From Neoechinorhynchus agilis (taxonomy: Eukaryota > Animalia > Acanthocephala), in NCBI GenBank assembly GCA_051530055.1, contig CM121341.1, positions 19,260,784 through 19,324,783 of the forward strand: a stretch of DNA of 64,000 bases, read 5' to 3'. Within the stretch, counting starts at the first letter, position 1; each line of letters begins with the position of its first letter. Below the pieces are notes generated by a model. That model was not told the DNA's origin and did not search any database. It saw only the letters and a list, made by a program, of their open reading frames with translations. Below are positions 13,901 to 26,386 of this stretch, one piece after another. A program made the position numbers and the translations under genes.

Positions 13901-14818
13901 GTACACGAATGCGTTTTCAAACGTCTATTTTTTATTTGATTGATAATGTTTTTTAAAAGCGCGTCAAAGTTAAAGTAGAGCACAAAGAGTCAGTACCGAA
14001 ATGCGTTTCATATCTCTTGTTTTTATTTTCTTGATAATGTTTTTAAAAAGCGCGTCCAAAATTAAAGTGCAGCACTAAGAGTAAATACACGAATGCGTTT
14101 TCAAATTCCTTTTTTTATTCATAATGTTTTCTAAAGCGCGTTTAAATTAAAGTGAAACACTAAGACTGAGTACCCTAATGCGTTTTCAAATCTCTTTTTT
14201 TTATTTGGTTGAAAATGTTTTCCAAAAGCGCGTCAAAATTAAAGTGAAGAAGCTGGAGTGAGCACACAAATGCGTTTTCAAATCTCTTGTTCTTTATTAT
14301 AATGACAATGTTTTCCAAAAGCGTTTCCAATTCAAAGTGAAGCACTGAGAGTGAGAACACGAATGGGTTTTCAAATCTGTTTTTTTTATTTAATTGATAA
14401 CGTTTTCCAAAAGAGGGTCTAAATTAAAGGAAAGCACTAAGAGTGAGTACACGAATGCGTTTTAAAATCTCTTGTTTTATTTGATCGATAATGTTTTCCA
14501 AAGTCGCGTCTAAATTAAAAAGAAGCACTAAGTGTTAGTACACGAATTCGTTTTCAAATCTCTTTTTTTATTTGATTTATAATGTTTTTAAAATGCGCGT
14601 CAGAATTATAGCGAAGCGCTAAGAGTGAGTACACGAATGCGCTTTAAAATCCCTTGTTTTTATTTGATTGATAATGTTTTCCAAAAGCGCGTCTAAATTG
14701 AAGTAAGGATCTAAGAGTGAGTACACGAGCGCCTTTTCAAATCTCTTGTTTTTATTTTAATGACAATGTTTTCAAAAAGCGCGTCTAAATTAAAGTGAAC
14801 AACAAAAAGCGAGTACAC
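1997..14818. repeat. 92-bp tandem satellite (~140 monomers, some 88-89 bp) with higher-order duplications
   Basis: Monomer GAGTGAGTACACGAATGCGTTTTCAAATCTCTTGTTTTTATTTGATTGATAATGTTTTCCAAAAGCGCGTCTAAATTAAAGTGAAGCACTAA; period 92 (5231 to 5323). Confidence 0.97.
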
Positions 14819-15420
14819 AAGAATATCTAAATCACAAGAACAAGTCTTTTGTATTATTTTATTTGTTCGAACGTTCACGACATTGTTTTTTATTAAGGGA
14901 GTTTTATTGTTTATTGGAGCAGTGAAAGTTGTTATGAACTAAAATTCTTAATTTGCTGATGCAAATCTTTTTACGTCCATAAATCGTATGCACCTACAAA
15001 AGAAAATTAAAATCCAATTAAGAATATCTAAACCACAAGAACAACTCTTATATTAATTTATTTTTTCGAACGTGCACGAAATTGTTTTTCCATAAAAGGA
15101 AGTTTGTGTTTTATAGGAGCAGTGAAAGTTGTTATAAACTAAAATTCTTGTTTATCTGATTCAAATATGTTTACGTCCATAAATCGTGTTCGGATAAAAA
15201 GAAAATTAAAATCCAATAAAGAATATCTAAATCACAAGAACAAAACTTTTGTATTAATTTATTTGTTCGAACGTATACGACAATGTTTTCCATAAGGGGA
15301 ATTTTGTGGTTTATTGGAGCAGTGAAAGTTGTTATAAACAAAAAAATTTAATTTGCTAATGCAAATCTGTTTACGTCCATAAATCGTATGCACATACAAA
15401 AGAAAATTAAAATCCAATAA
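14819..15420. repeat. ~200-bp satellite, right block (same family and orientation as 480-1996)
   Basis: Three further units beginning GAATATCTAAATCACAAGAAC. Confidence 0.93.
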
Positions 15421-15477
15421 CTTAAGTTCTGCATGTCAACTTTTTATTTTTTTTCCAATATTCTCGTGAAATCATCG

Positions 15478-15800
15478 ATAGAAAATCCTTCGGGTTAGTC
15501 ATAGTATAATTTTGGTGAAAATACTCCCGGCAATAGCACATTTGATTTATTTTTTAAATATTTCACGAGGTGACCTTTCCTCATTAGTCATCTAAAAATG
15601 AGTTTTGCACTTTAAGGTATCAAGGTCGACTGCGCGGGATCGTCAAAGCCGAAGTTCGTGGACCAATTATGTTCGTGTACGCACATATTTGAAAGCTTAG
15701 AAGCAATAATTGACTGAAGAAGTCCAGTGGGAATATTGTACGAAATATTTCAATCAAAGTGATTCTTTGATATATAATTTTTCGCCACTTCCACATAATT
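15478..15800. repeat. Diverged inverted pair of the same dispersed repeat family as 176-435
   Basis: GATAGAAAATCCTTCGGG...AAATATTTCACGAGGTGACC...TTAGTCA aligns with the left arm at 176-290. TGACTGAAGA...CGAAATATTTC at 15711-15751 corresponds to the right arm. Confidence 0.65.
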
Positions 15801-16191
15801 AATAAAATACGAAATGCTTCAGTGTAGAAAGTTTAAATGAATAAAACTTACAGTTTTCAGATATAATTATTGGGGAATCGGCCTAAATTATGTCGTTCAC
15901 TGGCGTCGGCGGTTGTTTCGAAAAGTATCTCTATCGAGACTAACGGCGAGAGGTTCCCGGTTATTTGTAAAAAAAAGCATGAGTATATTGACTCAAGTTC
16001 ACGAGAAACAAAATGCTCTTAGACTGAAACCATAGAGACGTTTCGTGTTCCAACGCGTATATGTCGTTCCCTCTTTGTATCAGCCACCATGCACTTTTCT
16101 TGCTGAGTACCCATCTATAGCGATCTTATAAAAATTCAGCCTGTTTAGTGTGTGGATTAAAAAGACGCAGAAAATTCGCCAACTACTCGTA

Positions 16192-17208
16192 ATGGCATCT
16201 ACTTTGATTTACCGGACATTTATGATCTTCGCAAGCATTGGGTATCCAGCACTCAAATCGTACAAGGCCCTAAAATTAAATGACCGTAAACGTGTTGCTC
16301 TGTGGCTCGAATACTGGATCGTTTTGTCGTTTTTCATTGCTGTCGAAAATGTAATCGTAATCGATTTGGATTTTATGGCTCATTTGTTTCGGCAAAAATG
16401 ATCTCTTTTATTTCATATTTTATATACCCTCTCTTTTACTTGGGCTGCGTAATTTAAAAGAATTACGAAAAACCTCTTTTCCCCATCCAAATTGATGAAT
16501 GTACTTGACGTTTTATTTTCATGGCTACCTTTATATTATACCGGGAAGATTTTTCTAATCTTGATCTTGCTATCGACTTCTGGAAACAATGTGCTGTATC
16601 GTCGAATTATACAACCTAAATTAACGGAGCATGAAAAGGACATTGACGATCTCATAAACCAAACAAAGAAAAGTAGCATTGTCGCAATATCACAGTACAG
16701 AGACATGGGTATTAAATACGCAAGTGAACTGTTTCTCAACACTGCTGTCCTTGGGACTAAACTCCTACGACATTCTAAAAGCACAGATATTGAATCTCGT
16801 AGGAAAAGTCTAATTGAAGGAAGAGATATCGATCCGCACGTACATTTGGCACGGCAACGACCGACTAGATCCTATTATGAGCACGATTACGAAAGTGATG
16901 CTTACGAAGAGGACGAAGATCGAGCTGGCTTTCAATATTACGGTGATTGGGAAGTGCCCGACAGTCGCAAATCGATTCGTCGGCCACCTGGCGGCTCCTT
17001 GCGAAGACTCGCTGAAGGAAAATTTAAGGTTCGACGTGGATACCGATCAATTAATTTTTTCAAGCGCAGTTTCTATCCAGCTCTATCAAGTATAAAATCT
17101 CGGGATCACCGAACATCCGAAAGGTACGAGAAGTGTTCAAATTACGGCATCTCTAAAGATAATAAAGACCAATCGGATTGTGATTTAACTCAAAATAGCA
17201 ATAACTAA
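16192..17208 (+). CDS. REEP: REEP1-4/TB2-DP1-HVA22 family ER-shaping protein; two coding segments separated by a ~150-nt interruption (16351-16500)
   Basis: IGYPALKSYKAL...WLEYWIVLSFFIAVEN plus VLDVLFSWLPLYYTGKIFLILILLS...NVLYRRIIQPKLTEHEKDIDDLI are HVA22/REEP motifs. The paralog is not resolvable. Confidence 0.88.
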
Positions 17209-18158
17209 AATGCTTAAATTGACTTTCAAAATAACATGCATCATGCATAAAACCGTAAAAAAGCAACGAATGATGCAAGATAATAAACGCCTAAACTTTG
17301 AGTGTAATGTAGCAATTTGATTTCTACAATGTCCTTAGATTTACCTGAATCCATAAACACTGAAACCGCATTCTTTATTTTTGGGAAAGATCGTTTGATC
17401 AATTAATCTCGTACTTTATCGCGCACTATAGTTCCACTTGCAAATGATTTGGCCACAAATTAGTTGCAATCTCTCGACACGATTAATGAAAGTAAGAGCA
17501 ACATCGTAGCGTGTGGAAAACTGAATTGTCTCATTTGTAACGACGGTGAAGAAGATTTAGAGCAGAGATAGATTCTGCTTTTTTAATAAGCAATGAGGGT
17601 ACATTTTTCGATAAAATATACTTTTCCGTCTCGTAGGCGTAAGTTGATCTCGAGATCTTCTATGTTGTCACTGATCGTCGATGTTAACAAAACCACATTA
17701 AGGGGATTCCGGCAAACGTTTTTCCACACTCTTCCAAGCTACGTTGGGTTTTTGCCTAACAACGGTCGTTACTTTCGATTACGAGTGCTCATGGATTTTT
17801 TACATTTTCAATCATTATTATTCATTTGCTAGATGCCTGTGATCTGATTGCATTATGCTGAGAATTTCAATTTTTTGAAACGGTAAGTAACAAAGCATTA
17901 GGATTAAAGCCCGAACTCACACTTTAAGCAATATGATCAAAAAGTTCGATGCTCAGAGATCAACAAAACAAGGATAATAGATTTTTGTGAAAGCAGTGCG
18001 ATTTTCGTCATACATTTTGTGGATCTCCGTATGAGTGCTTTTAGATTCCTAAAGTGTTCGCGACAAAATAAGAGTGTTCATTGATTCGAAATAAAGCGTC
18101 GTTTAAACCCGGTCAGAGCTCAACAGTGAACTGATTTCTTCACGATTTAAGTTTTTAT

Positions 18159-19542
18159 TCATTCTGTTTTGAGTTTCTTTTCATTTTTCGGATTGTTTGT
18201 GAAAAGGAGCGGCACTCCGAGCAAGAGTGTTGCAACCAGGACTGACAAACACGTAGCGTAGTAGGGAAGCGCGCAAGGTATAAATCTTCTATATTGATCA
18301 TGCCTCTTTGGTCTGATCGGTATCAGTGTAGAAGAATGGATTTTGCTTAAACCAACGCGTTCATAATCCACTACGAACTTAAACACTCCATAAGTGTCGG
18401 GCAGCGTTAATTGCGCATGAAACCGACCGTTTTTGCATTCCATTGTTGTCCGAATGAATGGATCGAGTCGCACTAATTCAAGCTGCATATCACTTGCGCA
18501 AAACGGAGCAGTCCTCACTCGACCATCGGAGTTGCGTTCCGTTAATGTTACCTCGGTTGAAAATTCAATTTTGTCACTTACTATATAATATGTGGAATTT
18601 TCGACTGCTTTTCGTTGGGTGTCCTCTGTATCGACAAGACGATGACTAACATTAGTCACCTGTAAGTTTCCCACGTTCATAAGAATCCAATCTGTCAAAT
18701 AGAGGAGGAACTCGGAATTTCCACCCTTGTAAAAATACGCATCAGTCACCATTTCAGTACTGCCAACGATTGCGACTCTTGCATTGTTACTTCTGGATTG
18801 CACTCGTGCGGCTAACACGATTGCTGACGACTGTTCCGAGCCTCCAATAAAAGACGTTGGATTCCCAAACAAAAAAGGACTTGCAAGTTCACTTTGAATT
18901 TCAAGCCCATTTCCATGGACGAAAACTATACTGTCACTTTTACTTAATCTATCTGGAACATCCTGAGCAATATTGGAGCGGCTTGACAGTCGAATGTTAG
19001 TAACAGTACCATCGTTTTCGAAATGATCGACAACTACGCTTTCAGCTGAGGAATTCACTTTAACTCCAAAACGTCCACATAAATCCTTTACGGCATCGCC
19101 TATAAGCCGTAATTAAAGTTAAAATCTTCACTCCCCCTCCCCCAATATCATACCAATTACGTTGTCAACAACAATCAAAAGGCCTCTGCGTTGTTTATCA
19201 TCTTGCAAAAACCTCACGATTTCATCCGGGCTTAATCGACCCCCAAATTCTAAATAGAAAAAAGAAGATGTCACTTGAAGGTCGTGTCAAAATAAACAAA
19301 CCCTTTGTTTTTGGTGCCGCAATGATCAAATGATCATAAAGGAACTCGCCGTGTGATTCCAGCTGAACCTGATCGTCTATAGCAGACCTGACAATAACCT
19401 CATAATCCAACGATCTGATTGCCTCAATATAAGAGGAAAAGTAAGATTCATCGCGGTCACTTAGAAACAAAATCCGCTGCCTTTCCGCAAAAACCAACGT
19501 CAAAGCAAGCACGACAATAGTTAACCATGGCTTTAGCATCAT
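18159..19542 (-). CDS. DDOST: Oligosaccharyltransferase 48-kDa subunit (OST48/Wbp1), 3 exons
   Basis: Signal peptide; GEFLYDHLII; two ~50-nt GT-AG introns restore EFGGRLS and IGDAVKDL; QLELVRLDPFIR, LPDTYGVFKFVVDY, YRRFIPCALPYY; C-terminal TM and KKLKTE. Confidence 0.92.
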
Positions 19543-20289
19543 TGCACTGTGAGTTAGAAAAACAATCTTACTTCAAAGTAGCGAATACGGAAGAATGGAA
19601 TACCGAAGACTACAAATATCCAAAATACACGGTCTTCAAACGTAGACGATCGCCTGAATGGACGTAGAAAAATTCTATATCATACATGTTTTTTACGATG
19701 TCGTGACCAAAACAACGATACTGAAATGATTGGCAACATGGATCGCTAAATATTGATAACATAATTTATGAGACGCTTATATTCTGTATTTATTGTTCTC
19801 GGCAATTACAACAAAAACTTGTTTGTACGCAATTTGGAACCTCAATTATCGAGTTGCAAAAAATTGAATTACTAAATATTTCAAAAGAAGAAGCCTCGAT
19901 GAGGCGAGGCTTCCTTTTTCGAAATATTTCTTAACAATAAAATACCTTTAACCGGGGGAGTATCTTCACCACAATTTTAACTTTATCATCCCGAAGGATT
20001 TAGTCGCAATTATGCAATCATGGCAAAATTTGAACCGGAATTGGTTGGTCTCGTTGAATTTTCGAAAAAGAAGCCACACTTCTCTGTATCGATGAACCCT
20101 ATTTCTGATTTCACTCGATATTCTATCGATCCTTGCTGATTGAAAGTATTAAGACTTAAGTATATATGCTCATTGTCAATTACTGACGTATGTTTCGTCC
20201 AAAAATTCAAGAAATAAAGAAGCGATTTTTTGGATTCTCGGCTGATTTCTCAATCGCATGTTATCTTTTCAATGGAAAAACAAATCATA

Positions 20290-23190
20290 TTTTTTCATTT
20301 ACACACAACAACAAAACGTTAGTGGTCGCGACCACACTCGCTGCGTTTCCTCTTTGGATCGCGAGACCAATGTTTTGGCGCAGGAACGGGTCAGCTCTCG
20401 TATTTCCTGTCTTGGCCTGGAGTCTACTCTGCATAACTCCTTCGTAAATCCAGGCGCCGAGCTACCGAGCGCACCAAGAGTCTCCACTCCAAAGGGTATA
20501 AGAACGTGAGACCTACTTAATTCTCTATATTTCGCCACCTCTCGATCCTCCGCGGCAGCAGCCGCTCCCCCTGGGGACTGCACCACAAACCTCCTTTTAC
20601 TTGCCGCGAACGTGTCTACACCCGTGGCGTCCCAGAGAAGACATTTGCCTTCTCGCCACGGGAATACGGTGACGCCATCCGGACGACCATCGAGTCGGCA
20701 CAGGTTGTTTGGCTCTAAAATGTTTGGGACGTTCACCGCATTTAGGGCACGCGAAATTACGTCGTTCAATTCAGCATGCCGTTAGAAACGACCTCCTGAT
20801 TTGTTGCAAACAAGACCATGTAGTGGATCCACGATCATTCCACACTGGCAACGATGTTCGACACAAATCCGTAGTTCTAATCTGAGGGAAACTCCGATCC
20901 GAACTGCTTCGTCGACGAGGAGTGTTCCTACGGATGCAATGGGTATGGCTTCTAACCATGCTCCCGATTCTCTTGCAGAGACTGCCAGCAATCTAGCCCG
21001 GTCGATCTCTTCGCGAGAGCCTGAAATTAGCGAACTATGAGCTCGGGCGACTAAAGGTTTATCCCAGATAGACTGCTTTAGGCCATTCATGGGAACTTGG
21101 TTGTAACCCGTTTTCTTTCACCATTCCTGGACCGCAACTAGAAATTTGTCCGCTAAACAGAACATGGGTCTTAATATACGTTTTACCAGATCCCGATTCC
21201 CTTCGAATGATCCTAAAAACGCGGGCAACGACACATCTACTGTTTTTCGAATACCCAAGCCACCGGACGATACATGCAATGAAGCTTGTCGCCAGGCCTC
21301 GTCTGATAGCTGGATATTTAAAATGTGCTCGATACACGCCCTCACAATGTCATCGAGCTTCTTTAACTTATCGACGTGCTTGAAGAAGGAAGCCGTACGC
21401 AGTTTATAAAGTAGTTTCGGGATGAAGAGGGTATTCTTGATTAGGAATAGAGCATCGTGTGACGAAAGTTCCCGGACTATCGCACATCATCGTGATGTTC
21501 GGGAGTAGATGGTCGATTTCATTTTCCACATTAGAATCAAAAATACAGCTCTCTAGAAGACTCGGCCGGTCCAGAGTGATCAATTCTATACCGGGTGCCA
21601 GATTTCTAAAGCCTTTGGCGATTTCGTTCTGCGCTGACTCGTCTTCAATGTTCATTACCAACAGTTCGCATTTCCCTGCATTAAGCTCAACGCACAATCT
21701 CGCAGTCTTCCCAGATCGCGCAGTACTGCGGAGGGATCACCTCCGAGCGTGGCGTCATCCAGGTACCAAACGTTAAAGCTAGACTGGAGAGAGTGCGCTA
21801 TAGGATTTACTGTAAGGGAGAATGCGATTGGACCGAGAGGGTCTCCCTGCTGTACTCCTCTTTCGGAACAAGTTAGTTAGTCGTTGAACAGCAAAGGAGT
21901 CGGGGTCCCGTATGCGTTGAGAAAATAAGGAAAAGCTTCTGGTGCGTGTCTTTTGAGTGCCTCAAACAGGACGGTACGGTGAATGGAACTGAAGGCATTT
22001 CTAGAGTCGCACTTCAAAATTACACACGGCGTTGAACGATTGGTGATAAAGTGGCCGAGTGCGTGGACAATGGCTTCGGACCCTCAGGGTGTGCAGCATC
22101 CCAGTTGGACTGGACGAAGTTGCTGCCCTATCTCTTCTGCAATACGCTTGCAAAGGATTTTACCTGCGAGCTGACGTAGAGCAGAGCCAGCGGCGATGAG
22201 ACGAATCCCACCAGTCTTTTTGTTCAAAGCGCACAAAGATGCGCCAAAAAATAACTCAATTGCCCGCAGATGTAAATTTTTTTCGATGAAAAGGTCGACT
22301 AGTCGACAAAGATTGGTAGCGAGGGAGTGGCCTGCATCTGCAACTGAGAACGACATCATATCCTTTAGATGCTGAAGACGAAGCCCACGGTGAAGAAGGA
22401 TATGGCCATTCTCAGTTCAACTGTCGAAGTGGAGTGTCTTTGAGGGACGGAACATGTAGGAATTTCTGTCTGGGTTCAACTTTGCGGATGCTTCAAATTT
22501 AAACCCTGAAATGCGGAGGGCGAATCACTTGCAAACGTATCAGAGGAGGACAAAATACGGACTGCTCCCCGAAAATCTCCATCGGCGAGTTTTGAAGATA
22601 CGCGCTCAGCAAGCGTTCTCGTAGATGTTCGATGGCAGTTAGTCTCATTCGCACGTTGTTTGGAATCCTCCTTTGCTAAACGACGAATGCTCAAGAAACT
22701 TTCCTCAAAGAATACGAGGCGTCTTTTGATTGCCGCAGTGAGGGACCCCTCCGAACTGTCGCCAGCGGAAAGTACAAGTCTGGGGCAGTCCAGCAAAAGG
22801 GCGGTGAGTCATTTAGCTACTAGATATCGTGCTCCCTTTGGGATCAGTTTCAGAATGTTGCTGGGAAGAACACGCACGAGGACCAAATCCCCCACAACGT
22901 GATTTGACGGGCCCATGAATGCGCAATCCGCGGTTAAAACAAATGTTTATTTTGGACCGATATTACGAAGTAGTACCAAGCGAGAGGCCCATTGGAACTT
23001 TCACTTGCGGGAGCTTTGCTTATATTGAAAGAGGTGAAAAGTGGGACTGATGGTCGTTGGCAGGAAATGGCCAACGTGCAACGTGTAATGGGATGGGTTG
23101 ACTTCGCTAATTCTACTTTTGTAGATCGCGTGTTTTTTTCAGGATGCTGAATAAGGAAACCCCTAAAATATCGATCCAAAATAAACATTT
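20290..23190 (-). mobile_element. Decayed CRE-like non-LTR retrotransposon (RT, zinc knuckle, restriction-like endonuclease), multiple frameshifts and stops
   Basis: Fragments in shifting frames: LIPKGARY, GIRLIAAGSALRQL, GVQQGDPLGP, WYLDDATLGG, GGLGIR, CQCG...HGLVC, RPDG, LLWDAT, PFGVETLG, LRQNIGLAIQRGNAASV. Confidence 0.88.
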
Positions 23191-23856
23191 GTTATCAACT
23201 ACGTACAGTACTCAAACAAGGACATTTAAAAAAATGCGAGCAAAGTTGATGCTTCAAAAATACACTAGTCTACAGCTACTCTGAAAATAGATTGATTTCA
23301 TTATACTCGTGCCCAGCTGAGTCGATAAAGATTGCGAACAATTTAAAGTCGAAATATTCACCATAAAAAAGTGGGTTTATGTTTTAGCGAGTGTTTACTC
23401 GGAAGCAAAGAAACCACGTAAATCATCTAATGACAGAGTCGTCATCATTTCGTGGAAGCAGTCTTTTTAACCGAAATTACAGTATTACGGTGATAGAAGA
23501 CTCGCACGTGATAATATTGGCCAACACTCAACAAAGAAGACTTCCAAAGTATGCAGAATAAAATTCAAATTAAACTTCTTTTTTAAACTGGGAATGTCTC
23601 AAAAATTTGCTCCAGCTTACAACATGAATTCACGAATATGAGATCCATTAGAATCCCCGCGCTGACAAACGAATTCAACGTCACATAAATCAACAGTCTT
23701 CATGTCGCTTACAGCACGGATATAGCAAATTGTCACAGTGGTGGCGTTTACTTAGCGACTCTCTGTGTTGGCAAGGCGTAGACATCATAACCGTTAGAAC
23801 GATTGAAAATGTCGTTTTCTCTTGCGGGGCTTTTTTCACCGAGCGGTGTATTTAAG

Positions 23857-25106
23857 ATGTCCAACGCTGAAGACAGTACCAACCCACAGTTTGAGTACGT
23901 CTACACGGATGAACCACACGCTCAGCGACGGGCTCTTATACTCGGTTAGTAAAAATACTTGGTTTTTTGCACGGGCGAGCGTCCAGAGATGAAATGATTT
24001 AAATTTACAGTATCGTAGTTACTTTCCTACAATCGCGAACCCAGCGATATTCTTTAGGATTAGAACCAGTATCACCGTACGATTGATTGTTGTCTAATAA
24101 CGCCAAAACTGTTTGTTTAGCTGCGCACCCAGAAATAAAGGATCTAATGAAGCCGGACAAACGTATAGCCCTTCAAATTGTCGCAATGAGTTTTCTACAG
24201 ATATTGATCGCCGTATTTGCTCCTAAAATGTCGTGGAAAATCTTTCTTGTCGTGGCTTATTTCATTGGTGGTACCGTTAATCATTCACTTTCCCTTGGAT
24301 TACATGAACTGTCCCATCACACCGCCTTTGGATATCGACATCAATGGCTCCACAATTTGGTAGCGATAATATGCAATCTTCCACTTGGAGTGCCAGCATA
24401 TTTCACTTTTAAAAAATATCATCTCGATCATCATCGATATTTGGGCGATGAAGTATACGATACAGATATCCCGAGTTGGATGGAAGTAAAAATTTATGTC
24501 TCAATGATTGGTAAACTATTATTTATCATTTTAAGGCAATGAAGATACCAGCCAGATCTAGGTTGCTTGTGATCTTCATTGTCGTACAGCCGCTGTCCTA
24601 TTGCTTACGACCATTGATTATGAATCCAAAGCGTATACTAATCGGCGAGGTTTATTTCTGGTTAATCCATATTATATTTGCGACAATGATTACGACATTC
24701 TCAGGTCCATCCTCTATTTTGTATCTCCTCGCTAGTACCTTTCTTGGGCTTAGCCTTCATCCCATTTCCGGTCATTTTATTTCTGAGCATTATGTGTTTC
24801 ACAAGGGATTTGAAACTTACTCTTACTATGGCCCACTAAATGCACTAACTTTCAATGTCGGATATCACAATGAACATCATGATTTCCCGTTTATACCTGG
24901 CTATTATCTTCCAACCGTAAGTTCACTTCGTTTCCCTCACATTTATATGTATAATAAAATCAAAAAAGGTGAAGGCAATAGCTTCAGAATTCTACGATCC
25001 TCTGCCTCATTACAATAGCTGGATAAAAGTGCTGTATGATTTTATTACCGATCCAGACATAACCCTTGAAAGCCGAGTGAAACGACGCAGAAAAATTGGG
25101 CAATGA
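23857..25106 (+). CDS. DEGS1: Sphingolipid delta-4 desaturase; GT-AG introns 23945-24120 and 24917-24968, plus an atypical interruption at ~24534-24586
   Basis: [10 protein letters not shown]..., His boxes HELSH, HLDHH and [39 protein letters not shown]. Confidence 0.93.
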
Positions 25107-25512
25107 ATGAGAGTGTAATTGTAGAATGACAATCCTTAAATGGATTTGTTTGTTCTCAAGAAAGAGTAAGTTCGCGAGTTAGGTCAGCTAGGTTATTAGA
25201 AGGAAAGATTATTTTGGATTAATCCATTTTAGTAGATCTTAAAAGCGGCTGGTGTTTAAAAACCCTTAGTCTTGGGAACGATCGAAATTATGGTGTTCAT
25301 TTAGCCGTTGTCTACATCGGTGCACCAGCGATTTCTAAGACATTTATTGCATCACTTCCAATTCATCGTACCCAGTGCAGAAAAAACTATGATACTCCAC
25401 CCTTCCGACCGCAAGCAATAAAGGTTTTTCTATAAAACTAATTTAAGTAATCATTTTAATTTGGTAGGTTATTTTTGAATCCCAATTAATAATCTCAAAG
25501 CAGATAGTACTC

Positions 25513-26386
25513 TCATAACCTAAGACCAGCGTCTAATCTGATGTTTGTACCATTAAGATACTTATTCTCGATTATACATTTAACGAGCTGAGCGAATTCT
25601 GAAGCTTTGGCAGACCTTTTCGGGAAGGCGACTTTGGCATCTAAAAACTTCTTTTGGTCGCTGCTTACCTCACTAGTCATTAGTGGCGTTTGCACCATTC
25701 CTGGTGATACACCGCACACTCGGATTCCATATGGACCAAGTTCTCGTGCCAGTGGAAGAGACATTGCATTAATTGCTCCTTTACTTGCCGCATAACCACA
25801 TTGAAACCTCTGACCGTCGGTTGCGGCAATGCTACTCACATTCACTATAACACCTCTGTTTCCATCATCGTCTAACGGATCAGCGTGCACCATCAGTGGG
25901 CAACCGAATCGGATAATGTTAAAGGTACCCAAGACATTTACGTTCATTACTTTCTGGAATTTTTGCAATGAATGTTTTTCAAATGACTTATCACCTTTCA
26001 GCAATGGTTCGCTTAAACTTATTCCAGCACAATTTACCAAAACGTTTAAATGGCCGAATTTTGACTGAATTTTTCAGCGAATTTCCACTGCCCAAAGTCG
26101 ACATGTAGTGGAGAAGTGCCTTAAGAAATACTCTTTCAACCGAATCTTCATTTGTTATATCCGCAGGGAGCCAGAGAATCCGCTCTTTGAATTCCAGGAG
26201 ACTTGCAGGCATCTCATCATTCATGTCAATCAATGCTGCTTTTGTCCCAGGTTGACTGAGTAGTAACCTCGAAGTTTCCAATCCAAGTCCCGATGCTGCC
26301 CCCGTTACAAGGCAGTGAAATTTACTTACATGAATGCTTGCAGAAACGACTAGTACTTTTCGTAGCAGATTATTTAGACAACTCAT
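25513..26386 (-). CDS. HSD17B10: 3-hydroxyacyl-CoA dehydrogenase type 2 / scully-like SDR, with one interruption at ~26065-26119
   Basis: LVTGAASGLG, ADIT, KFGHLNVLVNCAGI, VNVLGTFNIIR, RGVIVNVSSIAA, YAASKGAI, LPLARELG, NKYLNGTNIRLDAGLRL. Confidence 0.88.

Noticed and set aside
3155-14360. Many minus-strand ORFs (KNKRFENAFVY...)
   Set aside because: They are translations of the 92-bp satellite, with frequent stops between units.
1997-14818. CRISPR-like appearance of the satellites (also 29112-31525)
   Set aside because: There are no unique spacers and no cas genes; these are eukaryotic tandem monomers.
17230-18150. Possible small minus-strand gene downstream of DDOST
   Set aside because: Only short open stretches; I could not build a consistent exon chain or recognise a family.
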